A DNA stretch of 63,855 bases from Camelus dromedarius (lineage: Eukaryota): assembly GCF_036321535.1 (NCBI RefSeq), contig NC_087444.1, positions 46,748,146 through 46,812,000 of the forward strand, given 5' to 3'. Under the pieces are notes generated by a model. It searched no databases, had not been told where the DNA came from, and saw only the letters and a list, made by a program, of their open reading frames with translations. The stretch's first letter is position 1; each line of letters starts with the position of its first letter. Positions 49,435 to 62,175 of this stretch are shown here, piece after piece. Position numbers and translations under genes: made by a program.

Positions 49435-50880
49435 TGAATTCATTTCTTTAACAAGTGTCGAAGGCCTGATACGTATCAGGCACTGTTCTAGGAGCTGGGG
49501 CAGTAAGAGTGAGTAAAACAAAGCCTCTGTCCCCATGAGGATTATATAAGTAGAGGCCGACTGGAAACACACATGGTATCATGGCAGATGGGGGAAAGCA
49601 GCAGCGGGCAAAGTACAGCAGAGAGAGCTTGGTCAGAGAAATGCTCTCCAAAGAGGGACAGGAGCAGAGAGACCTGAAGGATCTCAGATCTCAGTGAGCG
49701 AGCGAGTGAGCCACGCAAATAACAGAGGGAAGAATATGGCAGACACAGGCAACAGTAAATGCAAAGGTCCTGGGGCAGGAGGAAGTCGGGCTCATTCTAA
49801 GGGCAGTAAGGANNNNNNNNNNNNNNNNNNNNNNNNNNNNNNNNNNNNNNNNNNNNNNNNNNNNNNNNNNNNNNNNNNNNNNNNNNNNNNNNNNNNNNNN
49901 NNNNNNNNNNNNNNNNNNNNNNNNNNNNNNNNNNNNNNNNNNATTCTAAGTCAAGTAAGCGAGAAAGAGAAAGAAAAATACCACATGATAACACTTATAT
50001 GTGGAATCCCCCCCAGAAGACACAAATGAACTCACTTACAAAACAGAAACAGACTCACAGACATAGAAAACAAACTTAACGGTTACAGGGTGTAGGGGAA
50101 AGGGGTGGGGAGGTATAAATTGGGAGCTCAGGATTTGCAGATACTAACTACTATATATAAGATAGATAAACCACAAGTCTACCGTATAGCACAGGGAACC
50201 ATATTCAGTATCTTGTAGTAACCTATAATGAAAAAGAATATGAAAATGAATATACATATGTCTATGTATGACTGAAACATGAGGCTGTACATCAGAAATT
50301 GACACATTGTAAAGTGACTAGACGTCAATAAAAATAAATAAATAAATAAAAACACTTAAAAAAAAGAATATATAAGGAACAACAACAAAAAAAAATACAG
50401 TTAGAAGGCTAGTGGAGAAGGGGGCAGGGTGGGGGAGACTGTGTTGAGGGGAGGGGGACGCACAAGAGCCCTCGCAAGGAAGCTGAGGTCCTGAACAGGA
50501 TGGAGAGTTTGGGCTAGGGGAGAGAAATAACCTGCCATATTTTAAAGGGGCACTGACAGGGGTGAACATGAGTGGTAGAAGCAGGGAGGTTGTTTCCACT
50601 CGCGGCCATGGCCCTTGGACCAAGGTGGGAGCAGAGAGGGTGGGGGAGGGTGGTCAGATCATGAACCTATTTTGAAAACAGAGCTAACTAGATTCACTGG
50701 TAAGTCCAGAGGCAAAGTAAGAGAACTCCAAGGTTTTGGGTTTGGGCAATGGGAGGGTGCAAATTATTGAACTGTGCAAGACTGGGAGAAAGGCTGGAGG
50801 GAATTGTGGGAATCAAAAGTTTGGTTCGGGATACTTATTACTAGATGGTTGATGAAGGCACACTACTGTTCAGGTGCCCT
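49435..50880 (-). mobile_element. L2 split by a young L1 (pieces ~49435-49812 and ~50395-50880)
   Basis: caggcactgttctaggagctgggg; aacagtaaatgcaaaggtcctggggcagg; ggtggtcagatcatgaacctattttgaa; gaactccaaggttttgggtttggg. Confidence 0.75.
49943..50395 (+). mobile_element. Young camelid L1 3' end (5' part under N-run)
   Basis: ILSQVSEKEKEKYHMITLICGI, then 3'UTR gtatagcacagggaaccatattcagtatcttgtagtaacctataatg ... A-rich tail. Confidence 0.93.
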
Positions 50881-52689
50881 AAGATAGATCCCAGTACCAA
50901 GAAAATCCTAATTTGTTACAGGCACTGGTATATCCCACCACTTTTACCCATTAAAAAAATTCATTGTTACCTGCATGAAAAGTTTATGACATTAAATAAC
51001 ATACAACCCTCTGAATCCCCCAACATCTGTTAAAGGAGCTCTGATGCATAATTCTGGGCATTTCATAATTGCTCACTTAAATTAATAATATTTAAGTCAG
51101 AAGGATATATATTATCAAGCTACCACCTGTTCCAGGTCTTTATAACCAAGGCAGGTCTGCCTCAAACACTAGAAATTAATTTTCAACTTTGCCAAAAGAT
51201 TCCAGATTTTTATTTGAAGCCTAATTTTGTCAATCAATCAAAAACAAGGTGGAGATTATCTGAGGTTTTTAGACACATCAAGGAAAAATTTACAAATGAG
51301 ATTATCACCGGTGGTTCCAGATGCGTTGAGATCATGTAAGGAAATACAAAAAAAAGTTGATCATAATTTACACGTTAGGGAAAAGACAGTGCCAAAAATA
51401 TCATCTACAAATGATCACAGAGACACTTGCAGGAAGACTGAAAAGGCAACATCTCAGTTTCCTTTGGTTTAGAAAAAAATAAAAAGGTCATTCTTTTGCA
51501 GATGTCGATGAGAAGGGAGCAGGGTGATGGTTACGTTACCCTTAATGCACGGAAGAGTCAACTTAATGAGTTTCCAGAGCTCACTGATAAGTCAGGTTTT
51601 GGCACTGTGAGCACATTTCTCCATAGAGACATTTTTGCAAAATATGGAAAGATTCCCAGCCCAGCCTCCCAAAGTATTTAGCCCACATTAAGGGAGAAAT
51701 ATTACCAGCCCTGAGCTCCAAGTCACTGTAAGTCGCTTTAGCTTCAGGACTGACCCCAGCCCTAGAGGAAGGGTAATGAGAAAAGCGGAGGGATGCCGGC
51801 ATTAAGGGATACGCAGTCAAATGGCCTCTAGGTAAGGGGTCCGAAACTGAGGGCTGCTTACACTTCCTTCTGAAATCACGACTGGTGACAACTTGCGTGT
51901 CTACAGTATTTTTATATTTTACAAACTCTCTCATTTAATCATCAAAACACTTTTCTTCAGAAGGTAACAGGTTTAGCGACCAATCAATAACCAACTTGGG
52001 GAATAAGATGCTAAGATCTTGATAATGTTCCCAACAACTGGCACACATCCTTTGGAAGTTTTGTTTCCCTTTCAAAACTACAGGTCTGTCTTTAAAAAAA
52101 ACAAAAAACCCCACATGATTTCAGTCTTCTAGACTGCGATTTTTCTAGCATATTTCAGATATTTATAATAAGATAAATGACAGACTAGAGTTGAATTTAA
52201 TGTCCCCCCCCCCAAAAAAACCCAGAGGAAATAAATAAAGCATACCTTTGTTTTATGCTATATCTTTTCGAGGAAAAGTGGAAATTCCTACCACCCTAAT
52301 CTGGCAGGAAGGTTTCTGAATTCGCATCTGAAATGCTAAGATGGTCTGCTCATCAAAGCAATCCAAAATAAATTCCAGCAGCCAAGGTTGCAATAGCTCC
52401 CCAGGGAAAACTGGTGGGCTCGTCACACCTTTACATCAATCTGAATTCCAGTGTAGTTAAAATTACATAAAACAATAGAATTTGTCCATTTTTAAAAAAC
52501 GTGGAATGTGTGTGAAATGTGTGTGTGTGAGTCTATTAACACAGGCTAGCAAAATTTAGCTATGAAACCAACGCTAAAATAGAAACCTCGGCTGTTTATT
52601 TTAGCTTTCTCTCTGCACACTAATAAGAGTTAAGAAAGATGGCAAGGCTTTTCACCTGGAATTTCCTAGTCCCTGTCGCCCTGTCTCAC

Positions 52690-52823
52690 CATCTTCAGCA
52701 TTTTTAGCCCTGTTCTCCTTGTGTGCAGAGCACAGGCATTGGAATAAGCCTCTTAACATTCCTGGAAGGTAACAGGCACATCCTAGTACTTGGTACCAAG
52801 AAAGCGCAACTCTCACACAGCTC
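52690..52823 (-). other. Candidate exon, 134 nt
   Basis: Strong acceptor ctttctgtttttaacccttccag|GAGC just downstream of N-run 52878-53126; donor GATG|gtgaga. Confidence 0.22.
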
Positions 52824-55800
52824 CTGGAAGGGTTAAAAACAGAAAGTCCTACCCACTGGTTGGCTCTGATGTTCCTGNNNNNNNNNNNNNNNNNNNNNNN
52901 NNNNNNNNNNNNNNNNNNNNNNNNNNNNNNNNNNNNNNNNNNNNNNNNNNNNNNNNNNNNNNNNNNNNNNNNNNNNNNNNNNNNNNNNNNNNNNNNNNNN
53001 NNNNNNNNNNNNNNNNNNNNNNNNNNNNNNNNNNNNNNNNNNNNNNNNNNNNNNNNNNNNNNNNNNNNNNNNNNNNNNNNNNNNNNNNNNNNNNNNNNNN
53101 NNNNNNNNNNNNNNNNNNNNNNNNNNTGTGCTTTCCATGCACATTCTGTTTCTAAGGCTTAAGCCTGAATTCTCGTGGAATTGTAAATTTCTTCCCAAAA
53201 AGACAAGATTCACAACATTTTTTTTTCCTTAATTCATTATTAAGTCCGCAGCAACGAAGGGAAAACACTGGAAAAAACCTGAGAGAAATCCAGAAGGCAA
53301 TCAAAAGAATCAAAACCTGTTTAAAATTCACTGTTAAATTACATGTACAATTTTGTCCCAGAAATTTTACTCTTAATATAATAATACAGTGGTGTGGGAT
53401 TGGAGTCGGGGTGGGGAGGGAGGTATGACAGACCCACCCGTCAGTGATTAGGGGGCCCCAGAGCTCAGTGTCTACACACATAATTTGAATTGTGGGGGTG
53501 CTTGTGACGGTTCACCTGCCTCCCTGTTTCCCTTACCTGTTTACCTGTGTTTATCCTGAGCCACTCAGCACTGAACCAGCCAAAAAGGGGAAAAGGGAAT
53601 TTAATTTTTTCATTTAAAACCACTAGAGATCTCACACCAAATCCTAAATTACTATAATATATTCTGCTCCTATATCAGAAATGCTACCTTTGAAAAATGG
53701 AAGACAAGATTACCTTAGCCAATATAACTTAAAGTATACACAGTAACAATAAAGAGGACAGATAAATATACAGATACATACACATATATATGTAAAAGTT
53801 GGTGACTTCGCCATTAATATGTACAAAAATTAATATTTATATTTACATCACTTTCTTCCTCACACCCCCAAAAATCTTTAATCCCAGGAGAAATGAACTA
53901 AATGAACTAAAATGAACTAGGCTAACTGAATTATGATAGCAAAAACTCATACACACAGTATATATTTCAGTATATGAGAAAGCAGCCCTGTTCCTCTATT
54001 CAGTTACAAAGAATTTAATCTCAAGCACTGTGATGATAGCTTCATTAATCTCTCCAAAAACAAACAAGCTGCTCCTTGGCTCAATCATCCCCCACCTTCC
54101 TGTAACCCACACCAAGAAGGGCTCAGCCAGACAGCATCGGACGGGCTCCTGGCCTGAGCTTTCCCAGATGATTTGCACAGGCCAGGATGACACGGAAAAA
54201 GGCATGACTCATCTTGAAATCAAACTATTATAAGGAACTTGTAAAGGACAACCTTTACATTCTTCAGTGCCTTTCTCTCTTCAAACTTTAACAACAAGAA
54301 ACTGGTAAGAGTATTTAAAAAAAAAACAAACAAAGAAAACACCTACTCATTTTCCACATCTCTCTGCTCTCTGGTGCCAAATTTGAACATAAATGGGTAG
54401 AATTCAATGTAGCCGATAGCTTACTGAACATAATTATATGTTGTGTTTCACACTGTTTCAAAACGGATACATTAAAATAATCCAGTCTTGGCTGCTACCC
54501 ACTAAGTCAATAAAGGTTATTAAGGCCAACTGCCATTTAAAGGCATTGCTATCCCAGCGCGAGGAACCGAGGAACCGTCAAGCCAGGAAATGCAATTCAA
54601 AACATTCAAAATGATCAGGATCCACCCTTCTCTTCTGGAAGAAAAAAAGCAACGAAAAAAGGAAGAGGAAATTTCTCTCCAGTATATAAATCATCCGTGC
54701 TTCTGAAAATGTTTACTCGGGAAACCATTCTAGAGTATTTCTATTGGATTATTCCAAATTGACCTTTTTTTTTTTTTAAGGTCAAAAGGAAATGAATAAA
54801 TGTCATCAATTTAGAACACATCACACCTAGCATTCTTCTCCGCATCACTGTGAATTTGATCGTGTTAAAACATTTTTATAGGTAAAATAAATGTCAGTTT
54901 TGCAAGGCGCGATACCAGGCCCTAAGAGACAAATGGCCTATCCGTTGAATCTCTGGCTACAGCAAGACTTCCTTCCCTCACAGGAGAGTTCGGCTTTTCA
55001 TATTTTTTACCCAGAAAGCCAAGCTTGTACAGTTTCTTTCAAATGGTAACTCTCTTTTATCCTGAAGAATCTTTTCATAATACACTAATCTTGGATGTGG
55101 GGTGGTGGTCTGGTTAAAAGTAAAATAAAATAAAATACAAATATTTGAATAGTGGGAGAGTGTTATAATACCTTCCTGAACTGCCAAAAGAGAGGAAAGG
55201 CTAGGCTAAATTCCTGGGTTAGAAGAAAGGGTTCTGTCGCTTGGGGCTTAATGGCTCATCAATTCATGAGGTAAGAGTCAGGGAAAATGTGGTATTTTAT
55301 CAGAATGTCATTCAAATATAAGGTTTAACATTGACATCACAAGAGCATGCCCAGAGTAAAACTATCCTCGGGGAGGGAAAGGGCAAGAATAAATAATGTG
55401 ATTTAAAAAAAAAATGGTACTTGCTGGAACAGGGGACAGGCAGCAGAGGTGAGGGGAGTTTGAGAGACAGCTGACCAAACTTTTAAAAATATGTGACTGG
55501 TTATGACACGTGAAGCTATTACAACTAATAGAAGAAACGTGATTTCAAAGCTCATTTTCTGTTCTTCTATATCCTCTCTGAGACTCCACCTTCCAACCAC
55601 AAAAGGAAAAAATGAACACAAAAACACAGAGAAATTACAACACAAGTCTCTTCCCTGGTACAAGAGCTGTCAGAGGTTGCTTTAATCATAAGCAAAAGGT
55701 GAAAAGTAATGTACATATTGCCTGAGGTTTTTTGTTTTATTTTCTCGCCCAAAGAGATCGATGCTTTATTGCAGAACAGACAAAAATACATTAATTAGAG

Positions 55801-57444
55801 TTTCACAACACACACGTGATTTTACAATTCAAAAAAAAAAACCCATAAAGATAAAGAAGAATCATAGAATCATTTGTCTTGATAATTGTGGATAATCATT
55901 TTGAGGAATATATTTCCTGGAAGCAAAGTGACTACATTCAGAAATACCGTTTGGANNNNNNNNNNNNNNNNNNNNNNNNNNNNNNNNNNNNNNNNNNNNN
56001 NNNNNNNNNNNNNNNNNNNNNNNNNNNNNNNNNNNNNNNNNNNNNNNNNNNNNNNNNNNNNNNNNNNNNNNNNNNNNNNNNNNNNNNNNNNNNNNNNNNN
56101 NNNACAGTTAATGGTACATTTGTATGCATTTTCCTGAAAGGCTTAGCATCTGGGGGCCTCACACTGGTGGCTCAACATTGCCCCCTACTGCTTACAATGT
56201 AAAAATTCCGAGGTGGTCTGGCACAAAGTAGGAATTTAAACAGCCAGTGCCAGTTCACCCCCCAGTACACAGATGCCGGGTGGGACTGCACTGTCAGAGC
56301 CACAGAGCCGTAGGCTTTTCCAATCATTATTCTCTTCTGTCTCTTCCAATGGCAAAAGTAAATTATTATGAATTTGTTAAAAGTCATTTAAAAAAAATGG
56401 CTTGAGGTAAGGCTTAAATTTAATTTAGAAGTACAATTCCTTTTATCTTGGCCCAAACCTTGCTCTGCTGATAATGATCATCCTGAAACTTCCTGAGAGA
56501 CACTGAGGCCATTGATTTTACTCCGAACCCTTAGTAACGCCACACGGACTGCAAGGGAACTCATGCTGGAGAATTCCCAAGACTGCTCTCCTTTTTAGTA
56601 TTTTTACATGAGAGTTATAAAGAGATGTTCTCATCTAACATGCTATTGCCACCAAACTTAAAAAAATACATATAACTAAATCTTTTAAGTGAATTCATAA
56701 GAGCAACATTGGTAAGCTCAAGAAACCAAAGATCTCACTTAAAAAATACAACCCTTGAACAAAAGCAATTCAAAAACACTTTTTTTTAAAAACAAAACCA
56801 GTGAATTCCTTTCTTATTCGTTTGCCAATTCTTATGCAAAGATTTGCCAAATCACCATCCCGAAGTCAAGCTGATGTCTTAGTGTCAAGATTCAGCAAGA
56901 AGAGAAATTCTAACTCAGATGTAAATGGACAAAACCAGAATTACACAGTGAAAAAGGAACTCCCTGAACCGAAGCTGCCTTTACATACACAGTCCATAAA
57001 AACAGAGCGTGCTCTACACAGGCTAATTTTAGGAACAGAACTGAGGAAATTTAGGCACTAACTTCATCACTTTCAGCCCAGTTTTACAATGCTCAGTTTT
57101 GCATCGATTCACGTCTTTGGAGAAATCCATTTTTGTGATATTATTAGTACACTAAAAGGATTATAACATTCCTCTGTCCGACGTATATCCATGAAAAAGC
57201 ATGGTTTAAAAATCTGAGGAAGTGTCTGGAAAGCAGGGCCTTCTGGGTTCTGACCCAGACTTTCAGACTGGGACCTCATGACTTGCCGTTTCCACTATTA
57301 TAAAATAGGGAGTAGTGACAGCTCCCCGTTTTTGCAAATTAGTTCAGTTTCCAGCACATCTCAAAGTCTGTGCAGTGGTACCACATCTCAGGAGTTTAGC
57401 AGCCTTTTATCGCTTTTCCACTACATTCCAAAGTCGATTATTTG

Positions 57445-57710
57445 GAGGCAGAACAGTGAGGGGGCGTGGGGCATTACCCTAGAGCCAGTCTTCCTGAGTT
57501 CAAACCCCAGCTCCCCCCTTTAACTGTATGACCTTGAGGAAGTTAGGTAAATCTCTTGTGTTTCAGTCTCCTTGTGTGTAAAATGGAGGGGAAAAAATTC
57601 CTACTTTATAGGATTGTCCTAAAAGCTAAATAAATTATGTATACAACACTTCAAATAGTGTCTAGTACTTAATAAATATCATATAAGCATTTGCTATTAT
57701 TACTATTATT
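57445..57710 (+). mobile_element. Near full-length MIR
   Basis: cctgagttcaaaccccagctc...tgtatgaccttgaggaagtta...gtaaaatggaggg...gcatttgctattatt. Confidence 0.85.
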
Positions 57711-57719
57711 TAAATTTAG

Positions 57720-58050
57720 ACTTAAGTCAAGACCTCCAAGTGGCCTCAACTTGCCTTCTAGCTCCATTTCCTACTACATAGCCCCTGAATTTTTATGTCT
57801 CCACTTCTGACTGTGTTTTTACAGTTTCTGGAGCCTCATGCTTCTGTCAAAATGCCTTATCTGACCCTACATTTCCCCACCCAAGGTCCTCAAAAAGCCA
57901 CATCTGCTGTTTCACAACATGCCCAGCTCCAGCGGTCTGAATGTAATACTCCTTCCTCTGGACTCTTGATTTTTTTTTTTTAATCTCTATTACAGGATTT
58001 CATTTTAGCTAATGTAACACCTGGCTATATTCACGCTTCTCTCCTTGTTA
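57720..58050 (+). mobile_element. L2 fragment
   Basis: ctccaagtggcctcaacttgcc...ctggagcctcatgcttctgtcaaaatgcc. Confidence 0.5.
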
Positions 58051-58054
58051 AACT

Positions 58055-58310
58055 GAATGGAGTGGTTAAGCGCACGAGCCACAGAGCCACTCTGCCTGGG
58101 CTTCAGTCTTGCTCCGCCACTTGCTCTGTGACCTTGGGGGACGCATTTAATTTCTCTAGGCCTCGGTTTTCACATCTATAAATTAAAGTTCATAACAGTT
58201 TCTGCACTTCATAGGACTGTTGTTTGAAAAGTTAATATAGGGAAAAACCCTTAGAAGAGTGCACGATGCATATAAAAATGCAAATGAAGTTAGGAATTAT
58301 TGTTGTATTG
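58055..58310 (+). mobile_element. Near full-length MIR
   Basis: gagtggttaagcgcacgagcc...ctccgccacttgctctgtgaccttggggg...ggcctcggttttcacatctataaa. Confidence 0.85.
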
Positions 58311-59329
58311 TTCTCATCTTCACTTCCTTAGCGTATGTGTAACACAGCGCCTTACATGTAGGAAATGCTCCATACGTGCTCATTGCACTGCACTGAGCTC
58401 GTACTGAAAAAACCCTGGCTGCTCCCATTACCTTACCAAGAGTAACTTAACTCACTATTTAGAATAATTAAATATGCATTACCTATGCAAACAAGGCAGC
58501 CGAGGATTAGTAGAGCACAGCATCCCAGAAAATCCGGTCCCAGACCTGTGGTACTTACCACACCTTCCATCTTCTTCCACAGCTCCTCCAGCTGAGTCAT
58601 GGGTTGACACCACCAATTGGTGCACTTTTTGTATCGATTGCCTTGAAACCAAAACTGTCTCAGCCACTCAAATTCGACCTGGGGATCATAAAGACAAGGC
58701 CGTGGTTAGGATGCCCCTGGGATGGACAATCAAGGACAATAAACTTCGTCACTCCATTCTCCAGTAACTTCACAAGCCACAGGGTGAGAAAAGGTGAGAA
58801 AAGCTCAGCTTAACCAGTTCCCAATATAGCTTGGGGTCTCCAGAGCCTTTCTGCAAAGTCAAGAAGGAGAGCAGTCTTAAAGCTTAGTGAGACAACCCAG
58901 GTCAGGCTGTGGATTTTCAGTCACATATCGTCACTCAGACGTGAGGAAACTATAAGTCAATCAACAACAAATCCTGAGACCCTCAAGTATACAGCAGCCT
59001 ATACTGTGTGTGATGGGAAAGACAGAATCTAACAAGATGTGTTTTCATTGAACATCTGTATTAAAGACTATTATTAAGAGCAAAACACAGATACATATCA
59101 GAAAATATCAATTTTAGGTTTCTTAGATCAAAAATAAATATAGAATTTACCCATGAGCCAAGAGGAGCTGGCAGTACTATCAACTCATATAATTAAACAA
59201 TATAAGGCTAATTATGGAGGAACACATTGAACCTCCAGAGCCATTCAGATTGTCACTTTCAATCCAGTCAGAGCCAACAACAATAGGTAAATAGGACATA
59301 AAGACACTAATCACTTCTTTTCCTTCCTA

Positions 59330-59800
59330 CAAACCTACGATGGTAAACTTCTATTATAAGCCTCCTTAGCATTTCTCCTTCTGTTCTAACCAAGCCCCAC
59401 TATTCATTTGGTAACCCACTCCTTTCTCCAGTCTCAGCCCATGTGGTCTGGGTAGAAAGCCAACTCTAATACCAGAGGTAGAATGTGCGATCCACTCTGA
59501 GTCAATCAGCCCACCACATTTCTCTAGTCACTGAGTTGGGTTTGGGGGAAACAGACATATGTTTAATCAGAATAAATCTTGAGACTGTCAGAAGATACAG
59601 GAAGAGGATTCTGCAACTTTTTTGCAGAATGGGAAGAACGGAGGCAACCCAGGAGGAAGCAGCTGCAAAATGAGCAGATAAAAACCAGGTCTTGGTGACA
59701 TCAACTGACTCTTGAACAAGCTATTCCTGAAGCCCTTTTTGCTGAAACCAGTTCAGTTGAGTCTTCTGTTTCCTGCAAATGAAGTAATCCCAACGTATAA
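59330..59800 (+). mobile_element. MaLR LTR (MLT1J/K/L-like)
   Basis: tcagcccatgtggtctggg; ctgagtcaatcagc; ggtcttggtgacatcaactgactc...gctattcctgaagcc; ccagttcagttgagtcttctgtttcctgcaa. Confidence 0.6.
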
Positions 59801-60797
59801 ACATGAGAGGCTAAGTAAAGCTTTGAAAGAATAAGAAATTATTTCTTATCTATTTTCTATCACTCATCTTCAACTTAAGAATCAAATATTACCATTAAAG
59901 TACAATTTCATTCATCCCCTAAGCCCTTTTTACCTCTGCCCTCTGAAGAAATGTAGAACTTTCACAGCTTAATGTTGGGTTGTCTGGCTTTGCTAAGATA
60001 ATCATGTTCCATATACAGGCACAGAGCTATTATAATCTTCACCACAAAGAATTTTTTTTGTTTGTTTATCCATATTGAACTTTCATGAGGCAAACAAAAG
60101 CAACTTGTGAAGATTTAACAATGGTGAAAATGGCTCAAGTAACTAACTTGAGAACACCAAGTCATATGAAAAGGTTTTAGTTTACATTAACTAAACGTTT
60201 GTTTGATATGTAGAACTGATTTCAGTTAAAGCTGTTTAAACAAAACAAACAAAAAAAGGAATGTGGACAATATTCAGACAATTGTTGCTAAACTTTATGT
60301 GTAGTATTAAAAGACAGTGGCTAACAGAGGTAAACTTGACTTCTTTGAAAGGGAAATGAATACAAGTGTAATTCAAGTTCTCTGAAGATACAGGTTTAAC
60401 AACATTATTTATTACAAGGGGGAAAAAGAGTTCTTTTTAGATTTCACATGAAATTTGTTCACACTACAGAACAGCCTAGCAGCAAAGCACCAAGCCCTAG
60501 GTTAGGGAGAGTTGAAAAGGTTTTTCTGTCTTTGGGCTGGTTATTTCCATTACAAGAACAAAACATATAAGCCTTGTCAACCATGACATCCCAGGAAATA
60601 AAACTGATTACCATAGGTAATTAGTTCACTCAGTCTATAAAGGTACACTAGAGTCTGGATTTCAGCAAATTAAAACTCAGAAGCAAGGAGAGGGGCATAC
60701 CTGGAACTCTGCTATTGGACCAGAGAACAAAGAAAGACCCTGTCCGTTTTATTAAATAATGACTTCATCTTCCTCCTCAGATGCTCAACTGTCTTGT

Positions 60798-61050
60798 GAG
60801 GCAGACAGTATAATGGTTAAGAACACGGGCTCTGAAGTCAGTTCAGAACTGGGCTCCACTACTGAAGAGCTCTGTCATCCGTAAAATACGGATAATTACA
60901 TAATAACCACAAAGGTTTGTGGTGAGGATTAAGTGGGTTAATAATGAACAGCCGACCATATGCCAGGCACTTGCTAGATGCTAAGAATACGGACTGAATG
61001 AGGCCCCAAGGCCCAGCACTTACTGTCCTCAAGGATCTCACAATCCTATG
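60798..61050. mobile_element. MIR (+, ~60798-60945) abutting L2 3' end (-, ~60945-61050)
   Basis: aatggttaagaacacgggctctgaagtca...gtggtgaggattaag; catatgccaggcacttgctagatgctaagaatac. Confidence 0.7.
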
Positions 61051-62021
61051 AAATTTTCTGAGCGAGGAAAGTTTTTAGCAACCATGTCAATTCATGCTCA
61101 CCCCCTTCCATTGAGGCCAATCAGGAAAGTTCAATCTTCAAGACTTATTCTTAACAGAGGTGTTTTGTTTTTTTTGTTTTTTTTTCCCATGCATTGAAGT
61201 CTTGCCCATGAGGAACAATCTTTGTGGGCATCAAACCCACTGGCAGGCATTTTCTTCAGCTCTGTAACCTGACTTTTTCATTGAGATGTTGTGGGCAAAA
61301 AAAAATACCACAGGATTTTAATCAAATGCCTCCCCCACCAGTTATCCCATTGCCAAGAGAAGCAGTTGGCTCCTTCCTTAAAATTAATTAAGGAAGCAAA
61401 AAATAGTTCCAGCTGCTTGATTCAGTTTGAGTTACCAAAAAAGTAAGGTGTTTCCTGCACCCCACCCCACCCCATCCTGGCCCCAAACTCTGGAGATGAG
61501 AAAGGAAAGCTACAGGGTGGATGCTGTACAAAAACCAAAGGGCTAGGACTTAGAATAGAAGCCTTGTTGCTTCAATGTTTAAAAAAAAAAAAAAAATCAG
61601 AGTCTCGCCATATTGATTGACAACGCTCCAGCATCCACGGAGGAGAATCTTCATCCCCTCTCCTGGAGTCCCTCCAGGGACGCTCCCAGGTACCTGAGCT
61701 TTCCTGAGGCGCTCTCAGTGTTCGTGATGCTTTTAAACCAAACTCCCAGATTTCGGACTTGCACTTAATGAAAATTCACTATTATTCAATCTTTTGGGCA
61801 AAACTACAATACAAAGATAAGTAATGCCCACAGGTATCAGAAGGCAAATTGACAGCCTGGAGAATTTGTAGGATCTTGAAGTGCCTTCTGGACCATCAGA
61901 GAAAACTGAAAACATGTTCACAACAGTGTTAGTTACCTAGCTGTGACCTGGGACAACATCACTATAACCCCTCTAATTCACCAGCACTGGCCTTCTCTAC
62001 GGAATAGTCAAAGGAGTCAAT

Positions 62022-62175
62022 CAGCACAGGGAACTATATTCAATATCTTGTAGTAATCTGTTATGAAAAAGAATATGACAACAAATATATGCATGTGTAT
62101 GTATGACTGAAACATGATGCTGTACACCAGAAGTTAACAGATTGTAAACTAACAATGCTTCAATTAAAAAAAAAA
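62022..62175 (+). mobile_element. Camelid L1 3'UTR stub
   Basis: agcacagggaactatattcaatatcttgtagta...tgatgctgtacaccagaagttaac...cttcaatt + polyA. Confidence 0.9.

Larger units (their letters stand above)
6095..56103. other. Eleven N-runs: 6095-6234, 6823-7050, 15235-15406, 27475-27662, 27920-28283, 30406-30537, 44355-44502, 45192-45337, 49813-49942, 52878-53126, 55956-56103
   Basis: Directly visible; lengths 130-364 nt, total 2,045 nt. Confidence 0.98.

Noticed and set aside
49464-49481. Perfect 18-bp palindrome GCCTGATACGTATCAGGC
   Set aside because: Lies in an L2 relic; 9-bp arms are expected about 0.24 times in 64 kb (64,000 x 4^-9), so it is not significant.
55948-56133. 186-nt exon around N-run 55956-56103
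   Set aside because: Both sites are weak (ctaagcctttcag; ACG|gtattt); not supportable without the hidden bases.
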